From: Deltaproteobacteria bacterium
GTDB lineage: Bacteria; Myxococcota; Kuafuiibacteriia; Kuafuiibacteriales; Kuafuiibacteriaceae
DNA: 64,000 bases
Assembly (NCBI GenBank): GCA_040218735.1
Contig: JAVJQW010000018.1
Span: 32,001-96,000, forward strand
Reading direction: 5' to 3'
In this document: positions 1 through 7,687 of the stretch, one piece after another
How the letters are laid out: each line of letters begins with the position of its first letter
How positions within the stretch are numbered: position 1 is the stretch's first letter
The notes under the pieces: generated by a model
Told to the model about the DNA's origin: nothing
Seen by the model: only the letters and a program-made list of their open reading frames with translations
Database searches by the model: none
Position numbers and translations under genes: made by a program

Positions 1-891
1 CGGGGAGCAGTGGCTCACGACGTAGGTCGCTTCGGCGTGCGCGCGGAGGGTGTTGCCGACGGCCTTGAAGGCCTGGACGATCTCACTCGCTGCGCCGGCG
101 TACACGGCGCCCGAGCGTCCGAGCTCGCCGAGGAAGGTCTCGTCGATCTCCGGGCCGACGCCGATCGCGAAGGTGGAGTGCGGCGTGTCGTCGAGCCCGC
201 GGTCGACGGCGCCCCACGCGACGCGCGCGGCGCGGTCGTCTCCGTCGGTGAACAGTACGAGTGCGCCGTGGACGATGTCGTGTTCCGTGCGCGACGCGTC
301 GACGGCGTTGTCGAGGACGCGGAGCGCGCTCACCACGGCGCCGTAGAGGTTGGTCGAGTCATCGACGACCTCGGCCTGACGCGCGAGCTCCAGCGCGGCA
401 CCGATCGCGATGCGGTCGGAGGTGAATCCACTGAGGCGAACGAGGTCGGGGCGGCCGTCGAAGCCGAACACCGCGACTTCGTGGCGCCCCGGGAGCTGCG
501 CCACGAGTTTGGCGGCGCCGTCGATCATGAAGTCGCGCAGGCCGGCGCGGACGATCGAGCCCGAGAGGTCCAGGAGGATGATCGTCTTGGCCTGCGTCTG
601 ACGCTCCGCGAGGAACACCGCGTGCTCACCTTCGTACGAGGACAGCGCCCGGCCGTCCTCGCTCAGCGTGAAATGCTGCTGGTCGAGGCGCACGCCGATG
701 GGGTCCCCGGCGCAGTCGGTCACCCGGACGAGGCCGGCGACGTTGGCCGGGGGCGCGATGGCGGCGTCCACGAGCGCGAGGTTCAGGCCGGAGCACGCGT
801 TCGCGCCGATCTCGGAGGTGTCGGCACCGCCGCACGCGGGGAGGAAGTAGGTGGGGAGAATCAATGCGAGCCAGTGGTAGGGGCGCAACAT
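1..891 (-). CDS. von Willebrand factor A (VWA) domain lipoprotein, runs off the left edge
   Basis: Not in the ORF track (no stop inside window). Manual translation from ATG 891 (GGGAGG RBS upstream): MLRPYHWLALILPTYFLPACGG lipobox, IILLDLSGS MIDAS motif, STNLYGAV, LVLFTDGDD. Confidence 0.8.
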   Translation of the reverse strand, partial: MLRPYHWLALILPTYFLPACGGADTSEIGANACSGLNLALVDAAIAPPANVAGLVRVTDCAGDPIGVRLDQQHFTLSEDGRALSSYEGEHAVFLAERQTQAKTIILLDLSGSIVRAGLRDFMIDGAAKLVAQLPGRHEVAVFGFDGRPDLVRLSGFTSDRIAIGAALELARQAEVVDDSTNLYGAVVSALRVLDNAVDASRTEHDIVHGALVLFTDGDDRAARVAWGAVDRGLDDTPHSTFAIGVGPEIDETFLGELGRSGAVYAGAASEIVQAFKAVGNTLRAHAEATYVVSHCSP

Positions 892-938
892 GCGCACATC
901 CTCCCACCCTGTCGCCACGCCCGCCAGTTTTTGGCAGC

Positions 939-1385
939 ATGACGGCGATGGCGAGAGCGGACGTCCCGGAGCGGGTCCTGGCGATCTACGAGCGGCTGAT
1001 TGCGTCGGCCGGGGTGGAGAGGAAGGGCGGCAAGGTCCCGTACACCTCGATGAACGGGAACATGTTCAGCTTCATCACCCAGGAGGGGGCGATCGCCATC
1101 CGCCTCGGCGACGCGGACCGTGAAGCCTTCATGGCGAAGCACGGCACGGGGCCGGTCATCCAGTACGGCGCCGTGATGCGCGGGTACGTCGAGGTGCCCG
1201 ACGCGCTCCTCACGAAGACCACGGTGCTCCGGAGGGCCTTCGCGAAGAGCGTCGCGCACGCGGCGACGCTGAAGGCGAAGCCCACGACCAAGCCGAAGCC
1301 GGGCGCAAAGAAATCCGCGGCGAAGAAGCCGGGCGCAAAGATATCCGCGGCGAAGAAGCCGGGCGCAAAGAGATCCGCGCGCTGA
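939..1385 (+). CDS. TfoX/Sxy N-terminal-like protein with Lys/Ala-rich tail
   Basis: PYTSMNGNMF...YGAVMRGYVEVP pattern typical of TfoX_N-like proteins; start moved from 864 to ATG 939 (or 948). Confidence 0.65.
   Translation: MTAMARADVPERVLAIYERLIASAGVERKGGKVPYTSMNGNMFSFITQEGAIAIRLGDADREAFMAKHGTGPVIQYGAVMRGYVEVPDALLTKTTVLRRAFAKSVAHAATLKAKPTTKPKPGAKKSAAKKPGAKISAAKKPGAKRSAR
1295..1379 (+). repeat. 30-bp coding tandem repeat, about 2.8 copies
   Basis: gaagccgggcgcaaaga[a/t/g]atccgcg(gcgaa) at 1295, 1325 and 1355; encodes KPGAK[K/I/R]SAAK. Confidence 0.95.
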
Positions 1386-1391
1386 GCCCGC

Positions 1392-3116
1392 TCAGTCGTT
1401 CACGCGTCGCCGCGCCCTGCGCACGACGGCCTCCCGGAGCGCGCGCAGCGTCACCGGCTTCGCGACGACCTCCTGCATCCCGGCCGCTTCACACATCGCG
1501 ACCTCCTCCGCGAAGGCGGAGGCCGTCAGCCCGATGATCGGCGTCTGGCCCACCTCCCCTTCGAGCGCGCGGATGCGCTCGGTCGTCTCGGGCCCATCCA
1601 GCCCGGGCATGAGTCTGTCCATCAGCACGAGCGCCACGGTCTCGTTCTGCACGGTCGTGATGGCGTCCTCGCCGTTGTCGACCGTCTTCGTGCGACAGCC
1701 GAGGTGGAGCAACATCTTCTCCGCCACCTTGCGGTTCGTGGGGTTGTCGTCGACCACGAGCACGATGCCATCGAGCTGCGGGAGCGGTCCGTCGTCCGGC
1801 CCGGCGGCCGTGTCGGAGAGCGGTCGTACCGACGCCGTCTTCAGCGGAAGAACGAAGCTGAAGCGACTGCCGCGACCCAGCGTGCTCTTCACTTCGATGC
1901 GACCGCCCATCGCCCGGACGAGGTGCTGGCTGATCGCGAGCCCGAGTCCGGTGCCGCCGTACGTTCGATGCACGCTCGCGTTGGCCTGGGAGAACGGGAT
2001 GAACAACCGCTCCAGCTGCTCCGCCGCGATGCCGACGCCGGTGTCCTCGACCGCGAGCTCGATACGCCCGTCCTGCGGCTGAACGGACACACGAACATGG
2101 CCACGCTCCGTGAACTTCACCGCGTTGCCGATGAGGTTGAGGAGCACCTGCCGCAGACGCGCGCCGTCGCCGACCACGTACTTGGGCGCGCCGGCCGCGA
2201 CGTCCAACTTCAACTCCACGCCCTTGTCCTGCGCGCGCGCGCGCAGCAGCTCGACGGAGCTTTGAACGCAGTCTTGCAGCGAAAACGGCGCGCGCTCCAG
2301 ATCGACCTCGCCGGCTTCGAGCTTCGAGAAGTCGAGGATGTCGTTGAGGATGGAAAGCAGCGCCTCACCCGACGTGAACACCATCTCGGCCAGCGTGCGG
2401 TCCTCTTCGTGCAGCTCGCCGCGCCGAAGGAGATCCGCGGACGCGAGCACACCGTTCATCGGCGTACGGATCTCGTGGCTCATCGTCGCGAGGAACACCG
2501 ACTTCGCCTGGTTCGACGCCTCCGCGAGCTGGCGTGCTGCCTCGAGTCGCTCCGCGAGCTGACGGTTCTCGCGGAAGTAGAAGCCCGCGAAGATCGTCAT
2601 CACCACGAGCTGGTTCGTCGCCATGATGGCCATCTCCAGCTGTGACGTCTCGACCAGCGGGTTCGCGATCCACCCCGCGTCACGCGCGACGGCCATCGGT
2701 ATCGCGGTGAGCACCGAGACGATCGCCACACCCCAACCCGCCTTCGGGCCCAAGATGTAGACCGCTCCCGCGAGGAGCACGGTGTCCCAGGTGAACACCA
2801 CCACCATGCCGCCGAGCTCGAGTGCGTTGAAGACCAGCGCGAGGTGGCCGGCCGCGAGCACCGCCACCGCGGCGACCCACAACCGCTTCGTCAGTCTGAG
2901 CAACGTCGCGCCGACCAGGAACGTCGTGAGCGGAACGACGTGGGACACGAGGATCCGCCCGCTGTCCGCGAACCGCGCGACGCCCGCGATGATCAGCCCG
3001 AGCGACGCGAGCACGAACAGCATCTGAACCAGGCGCGCGCGCACGCGGAGGTGCGGATCGGCGAGCACCTCATCGGGGATCGTCGCGTCGAGCCAGGCGG
3101 TAGGGCGAAGCGCCAT
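1392..3116 (-). CDS. Membrane-bound hybrid sensor histidine kinase / response regulator
   Basis: N-terminal TM helices, H-box FLATMSHEIRTPMNG, LLNLIGNAVKFT, DTGVGI, GGTGLGL, C-terminal REC (VVDDN, LMDRLMPGLDG, KP). Confidence 0.95.
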   Translation of the reverse strand: MALRPTAWLDATIPDEVLADPHLRVRARLVQMLFVLASLGLIIAGVARFADSGRILVSHVVPLTTFLVGATLLRLTKRLWVAAVAVLAAGHLALVFNALELGGMVVVFTWDTVLLAGAVYILGPKAGWGVAIVSVLTAIPMAVARDAGWIANPLVETSQLEMAIMATNQLVVMTIFAGFYFRENRQLAERLEAARQLAEASNQAKSVFLATMSHEIRTPMNGVLASADLLRRGELHEEDRTLAEMVFTSGEALLSILNDILDFSKLEAGEVDLERAPFSLQDCVQSSVELLRARAQDKGVELKLDVAAGAPKYVVGDGARLRQVLLNLIGNAVKFTERGHVRVSVQPQDGRIELAVEDTGVGIAAEQLERLFIPFSQANASVHRTYGGTGLGLAISQHLVRAMGGRIEVKSTLGRGSRFSFVLPLKTASVRPLSDTAAGPDDGPLPQLDGIVLVVDDNPTNRKVAEKMLLHLGCRTKTVDNGEDAITTVQNETVALVLMDRLMPGLDGPETTERIRALEGEVGQTPIIGLTASAFAEEVAMCEAAGMQEVVAKPVTLRALREAVVRRARRRVND

Positions 3117-3183
3117 ACGTCCTCTAACGCTTCGGTGTTATTCGAGTGGGTGTAAAGGCGCCGCGCAGCATACGAACGTCGTG

Positions 3184-4482
3184 TCATCGACGACGCACGA
3201 GCTTGGCCGCGAAGAAGCCGTCTGGACGCCCTTCGTGATGCGGGCCGGTCCTGAGAACCTGTTCGATATCGAAGCGGTCTTCGAGCGCGGCGAGGTGCGC
3301 CTCGCCTTCGGCTCGCGTCACGGTACACACGGAGTACACGAGCACGCCGCCCACCCGAACGCGCTCCGCGCCGGCCGCGAGCACTTCGTCCTGGGTCTCG
3401 GTGAGTCCCGCGATGTCGGCGTCTGTCAGACGCCAACGAATTTCGGGGTGGCGGCGGAGCGTCCCGAGCCCCGAGCAGGGCGCGTCGACGAGCACACGAT
3501 CGAACGTCTCGTCCGGGAGCACCTTCTGAATCTCAATGGACTCGAGTCCGAGGCGTTTCGCGGAGGTTGCGACCCGAGCGAGGCGGTTGGGGTGCCGGTC
3601 GTGCGCGACCACGTGCCCCGTGTCGTCCATGCGCTCGGCGATGTGTGTCGTCTTTCCGCCGGGTGCGGCGCAGACGTCGAGGATGCGCTCGTTGGGCTGT
3701 GGATCGAGCAACATGACGACGCGCATCGACGCCTCGTCCTGAGGCGTGGCGCGACCCTCGCGGACACACAGGAGCTCCGCTGGCAGGACACCCCCGGCGG
3801 TCGAGTAGACGGCGCCGTCCACGACGCCGAGCTGACCGTGAATTTCGTTCGCGATCGCTTCCGCCGAGGTTCGGCGCTGATTCGCACGAAGCGTGAGCGG
3901 TGCCTCGTCCAGGGACGCGAGCGCAAAAGCGAGCGCTTCCTCGTCGCCGAGGTCCTTCACCAAACGCGAGCTGATTCCTTTCGGCAGCCCGCCGCAGACG
4001 GCCACATGTCCCACCGGGTCTCGCGATCGGTCGGGGACCTCGGGCAGGCGAGCGTCCGCCGGCGCCCGCGCGAGTTTGCGGAGCACCGCGTTCACGAAGC
4101 CACCGCCCTTGGGGCCGCGGCGTCGCTTGGCTTGATCCACCGCCGCCTGCACCACGGCGTGGTCCGGCACGCGGTCGAGGTACATCAGCTGGTACGCGCC
4201 GATCCGAAGCACGTCGATCAGCTTGGGGTCGACGTCCTTGGTCCGTTTGTCCGCGACGTGCCCGATCGCGAGGTCGAGGAACCCGCGGCGCCGGAGCACC
4301 CCGTAGACGATCTCCGTCGCGAGGCCGCGGTCCGCGGGGGACAGCGAGCGCTGCTCGAAGGCATTTCGCAGCGCCGTCGAGGCGAACGCGTTCTGCGTAA
4401 ATACGCGGAACAACACATCGAGCGCCACGTCGCGCGCGGTCCACGTCCGCGGCGTTCCGCGTTTGGGCTGAGTTTTCGACAT
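3184..4482 (-). CDS. rsmB: 16S rRNA m5C967 methyltransferase RsmB/Sun
   Basis: NusB-like N-terminus (FVNAVLR), QDEAS, LDVCAAPGGKT, VDAPCSGLG, YSVCT, DGFF. Confidence 0.93.
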   Translation of the reverse strand: MSKTQPKRGTPRTWTARDVALDVLFRVFTQNAFASTALRNAFEQRSLSPADRGLATEIVYGVLRRRGFLDLAIGHVADKRTKDVDPKLIDVLRIGAYQLMYLDRVPDHAVVQAAVDQAKRRRGPKGGGFVNAVLRKLARAPADARLPEVPDRSRDPVGHVAVCGGLPKGISSRLVKDLGDEEALAFALASLDEAPLTLRANQRRTSAEAIANEIHGQLGVVDGAVYSTAGGVLPAELLCVREGRATPQDEASMRVVMLLDPQPNERILDVCAAPGGKTTHIAERMDDTGHVVAHDRHPNRLARVATSAKRLGLESIEIQKVLPDETFDRVLVDAPCSGLGTLRRHPEIRWRLTDADIAGLTETQDEVLAAGAERVRVGGVLVYSVCTVTRAEGEAHLAALEDRFDIEQVLRTGPHHEGRPDGFFAAKLVRRR

Positions 4483-4516
4483 CGCCAGGGAGGGTTTCGG
4501 TGCGCCCGGCGTAGGA

Positions 4517-5137
4517 ATGGTCGAGCGGAGGGATGTCCGTCAACCCGAGTTCGGGGCGAAGGACGACCAGCCGGAAGGGAATCGACGAATGGTGGCAGTG
4601 CTCGAATCGCAGGCTAGCGGGGGGGACCCGAAGGACGCACGTCGCAGCGCCGCGCAAGCGGCGGACGTGTTGGCGATGGCGCGGGCGGCGCTCGACGGTG
4701 TCGAACGCGCGCTCCGCAGCGCACCCGAGGTCCAGGCGAGCCGGGTGATGTCGCGCTGGCCGCTGTCGCTCGAAGACCTCCTGCTGGAGCTGGAACCCAC
4801 GGCCGACCAGACGACGCTTCGGGAGCTGGCGCCTCGTCTGGGGGTGTCCGTGGGGCAGGTTCGATCGACCGCGCTGCGCCTTCAGCGCATGGGGATGGTG
4901 AAGGTGACCGCGGACGGCGTCGCGATGACGTCGGCGGGGCGGTCGAAGATGGCGCGCTTGGACGCGGCGCGGTCGGCCGTCCTGCGTCGCCTGGCGGAGC
5001 GGCTCGAGCCGCTGTCGTCGGGTGATTCCGATCAGCTCCTCGCGCTGCTCGTCGACCTGGTGGGTGGGATCGACCGGTTCGTCAACGAGCAGACACGCGG
5101 GGGCCCGACGATCGAAGGGTTGCGTCTGTCGCGTTAG
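4517..5137 (+). CDS. MarR-like winged-helix regulator (start uncertain)
   Basis: [29 protein letters not shown]...MTSAG wHTH pattern followed by helical region. Confidence 0.55.
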   Translation: MVERRDVRQPEFGAKDDQPEGNRRMVAVLESQASGGDPKDARRSAAQAADVLAMARAALDGVERALRSAPEVQASRVMSRWPLSLEDLLLELEPTADQTTLRELAPRLGVSVGQVRSTALRLQRMGMVKVTADGVAMTSAGRSKMARLDAARSAVLRRLAERLEPLSSGDSDQLLALLVDLVGGIDRFVNEQTRGGPTIEGLRLSR

Positions 5138-5154
5138 CGCGATTTGGTCCCGCG

Positions 5155-5838
5155 GTGGCCCCCGCGCGACCGATTCAGATTGCACCCTCGATCCTTTCGG
5201 CCGACTTCGGCCGCCTCGCGGAGGAGATCCGCGCGGTGGACGAGGCGGGCGCCGACCAGATCCACGTCGACGTCATGGACGGGATGTACGTCCCGAACAT
5301 CACTATCGGCCCGCTGATCGTGAAGGCCGCGCGCAAGGCCACGAAGAAGCCGCTCGACGTGCACCTCATGATCGTCGAGCCCGAGCGCTACGTCGAAGAC
5401 TTCATCGAGGCCGGCGCGGACACCGTCACGGTCCACGCTGAGGCCGCGACGCACCTGCACCGCGTCATTCAGCAGATCAAAGGGGCGGGCGCGCGCGCGG
5501 GGGTGTCGCTGAACCCGAGCACGCCGCCGGACGTCCTCGACTACGTGCTCGGCGACCTCGACCTCGTCCTCGTGATGAGCGTCAACCCAGGTTTCGGCGG
5601 GCAGTCGTTCATCCCCGCCGTCGTGCCGAAGATCGCCGCCATCCGCGAGCGCCTCGAGGCCCGCGGCCGCGCCGGTGAGGTCGACATCGAGGTCGACGGC
5701 GGCATCAAGCCCGCCACGGCCCCGGCGGTCGTCGAAGCGGGCGCCAACCTGCTCGTCGCGGGCTCCGCGGTCTTCAATCAGCCCGACTATCGCGCCGCGA
5801 TCGAGGGCATCCGCAACGCGGGGCACCAAAGGCATTGA
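5155..5838 (+). CDS. rpe: Ribulose-phosphate 3-epimerase
   Basis: [44 protein letters not shown]. Confidence 0.97.
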   Translation: MAPARPIQIAPSILSADFGRLAEEIRAVDEAGADQIHVDVMDGMYVPNITIGPLIVKAARKATKKPLDVHLMIVEPERYVEDFIEAGADTVTVHAEAATHLHRVIQQIKGAGARAGVSLNPSTPPDVLDYVLGDLDLVLVMSVNPGFGGQSFIPAVVPKIAAIRERLEARGRAGEVDIEVDGGIKPATAPAVVEAGANLLVAGSAVFNQPDYRAAIEGIRNAGHQRH

Positions 5839-5863
5839 CAGCCGGCCCCACCGAAGCATAAAC
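5835..5863 (+). promoter_or_regulatory. Probable sigma-70 promoter for tRNA-Pro
   Basis: Perfect TTGACA at 5835-5840 overlapping the rpe stop; weak -10-like CATAAA 16 bp downstream; about 65 bp before the tRNA. Confidence 0.5.
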
Positions 5864-5927
5864 GCTTGCTTCCGCGACGGGAGGTCGGCCCAACGGCCAT
5901 CGCTCCGCCGCGAAAAAATCGACCTTA

Positions 5928-6002
5928 CGGGGTGTAGCTCAGCTTGGTCAGAGCGCTTGGTTCGGGATCAAGAGGTCGGAAGTTCAAATCTTCTCACCCC
6001 GA
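5928..6002 (+). tRNA. tRNA-Pro (anticodon CGG), CCA not encoded
   Basis: Acceptor CGGGGTG/CACCCCG, D-arm GCTC..GAGC, anticodon stem CTTGG/TCAAG with loop TTCGGGA, T-loop TTCAAAT. Confidence 0.96.
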
Positions 6003-6006
6003 CTAG

Positions 6007-6048
6007 AAGGGCCCGAGAACACTGGTTGTTCTCGGGCCTTTCGCTTTT
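6007..6048. terminator. Intrinsic terminator hairpin between convergent tRNA and RT
   Basis: aagggcccgagaaca-ctggt-tgttctcgggccttt, 15-bp stem with one G-U, followed by T-rich run; possibly bidirectional. Confidence 0.75.
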
Positions 6049-6058
6049 CTCGGGCGCC

Positions 6059-7342
6059 CTAATCGTCGAGCTTCGCGAGCCGGTCCAGGAACGCGCGGCC
6101 CTTCTTCGGGTCCGTCATGTACACGTACGCGGCCATCCCGCGGAGCTCCGACACCGACTCCTTGGCGCCGCGCCCCAACTCCAGGTTCTTGATCGCCGCA
6201 CGGAGGTTTCGGACCGTCCGGCGGGGCACGCGCGCTTTGATCTCATGATCGTCGTTCACCACCAGGCCCGTGATCTGCTGCCGGCGCCCGCGCCGTAGCA
6301 CGCGCGTCTTCTTCCGGTTCACCCAGAAGCCCTCGTCACGCACGATGCCGCCGACCACCTTGAGGAGCGGTCCTATCGGCGCGTCGTCCTTCTTCCCGTG
6401 CCACGAGAACGTCAGGTCGTCCGCGTAGCGCGTGTAACGAAAGCCGAAGCTCTTCACCAACGCGCTGATGCGCGCGTCGAGGCGCAGGCAGATCGCGTTC
6501 GTGATCGACGGGCTCGTCGGCGCGCCCTGCGGGAGCGACCGCGCGCCCGTCGCCACGTAGTACGTCTTGCCCTTCATCTCGATCGTCTCGCGCGGTGACT
6601 CCGTCACCAACAACGCGAGGATCGTCGCGACCTGCTCGCCGTAACCCGCCTTGCGCAAGAGCCCCTTCACCCGCGGCGTGGTGATCGTCGGGTAGAAGTC
6701 CGACAGATCGATCTTCACCACGATCTCCGCCCCCGCGTGCACGCGCGCGTTGGTCACCGTGCTGCGCCCCGGCAGGAACCCGTGCGCCGCGCCGTGCACC
6801 GGGAGGTGCTCCGTGATCTTCTGCGCGATCCAGTGCTGCACGCGTTTCAGCTCCGGCTTCGGCGCGGAGATCAAACGCTGCCCACCCGTGCGCTTCGGCA
6901 CCGTCCACCGGTGGTAGTGCGTCCCGCGTTCGACCTCGCGGTGGTACGCCAACCAGCGCAGCCGCGGGATCGTCACGTCCAACGCCTTCGCCAACGCCGT
7001 CACGTCCGCGAGGTCCGGCAGGTCGTTCTCCCGGCGGCGCGCCTCGGCATCTTCGATGTCGAACTTGTCGACGTCCGCGGTGTCGTGATGGAAGACGCCG
7101 ACGCCCACGTGCACCAGGTGCGCCCCGCGGTACGCCGACCACGCGTGACGCTTCAGCGTCTTCCGCACCCGCCGCTCTTCTTCGCGCCGCGCCTTGTACT
7201 GCTTCTTCTCCGCGTCCGAGAGCGTGGACGTGTCGCGGTTGTCGATCAGGTCGCGGCGCATCAGCTCGGCGTGGACCCAGGCGTCCACGCCGCCTTCGGC
7301 CGCGATGACGTCCCAGGCGGGGAGGGCGTTCGGTTCGGTCAT
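6059..7342 (-). CDS. Retron-type reverse transcriptase, Mx162-like
   Basis: PKRTGG.R.ISAP, HGF, region X TNARVH (NAxxH), KIDLSDFYP, LPQGAPTSP, YADD, region Y ITGL; N-terminal extension resembles myxobacterial Mx162 RT as recalled. Confidence 0.96.
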   Translation of the reverse strand: MTEPNALPAWDVIAAEGGVDAWVHAELMRRDLIDNRDTSTLSDAEKKQYKARREEERRVRKTLKRHAWSAYRGAHLVHVGVGVFHHDTADVDKFDIEDAEARRRENDLPDLADVTALAKALDVTIPRLRWLAYHREVERGTHYHRWTVPKRTGGQRLISAPKPELKRVQHWIAQKITEHLPVHGAAHGFLPGRSTVTNARVHAGAEIVVKIDLSDFYPTITTPRVKGLLRKAGYGEQVATILALLVTESPRETIEMKGKTYYVATGARSLPQGAPTSPSITNAICLRLDARISALVKSFGFRYTRYADDLTFSWHGKKDDAPIGPLLKVVGGIVRDEGFWVNRKKTRVLRRGRRQQITGLVVNDDHEIKARVPRRTVRNLRAAIKNLELGRGAKESVSELRGMAAYVYMTDPKKGRAFLDRLAKLDD

Positions 7343-7369
7343 GCCGTCGTCGGTCTTCGTCGTCGTCTC

Positions 7370-7653
7370 TTCAGAACTGTCGTCAACGAGGTGGGGAAGC
7401 CGTAACTCGCTACTTCCTTACTCGGGACACGGTAGGCTCACCGGTTTGGCCCCCGGAGGGGGTACTATCGACTGGGCCTGAACGACGGATGCGTGGTTGG
7501 CCCAGCTAGGCCCGTCGATAGTACCCCCTCCGGGGAGCCAAACCACGCATAGCCTACCTTGTGGTGAATGCCGAACGATTGAGCTCGGACGGCGCTACGC
7601 CGCCCTGAAGCTAACAAGGCCGACTTCCCCACCTCGGTGGCGACAGTTCTGAA
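7370..7653 (-). ncRNA. Retron msr-msd non-coding RNA
   Basis: Outer inverted repeats 7370-7399 / 7624-7653 (28/30), msd hairpin 7443-7479 / 7508-7544 plus 7431-7438 / 7551-7558, msr hairpin 7587-7605; directly upstream of the RT. Confidence 0.92.
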
Positions 7654-7687
7654 TCTCGAAACTACTTCGAAGGACCTCCCCCTTTCC

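Noticed and set aside
6059-7342. RT as group II intron, DGR or CRISPR-associated RT
   Set aside because: It has retron X and Y motifs and an msr-msd; no maturase or intron domain V, no TR/VR pair, no cas1 or array seen.
7443-7544. Long hairpin as a MITE, REP element or terminator
   Set aside because: It is nested inside outer inverted repeats directly upstream of a retron RT, has no U-tract, and no second copy was noticed.
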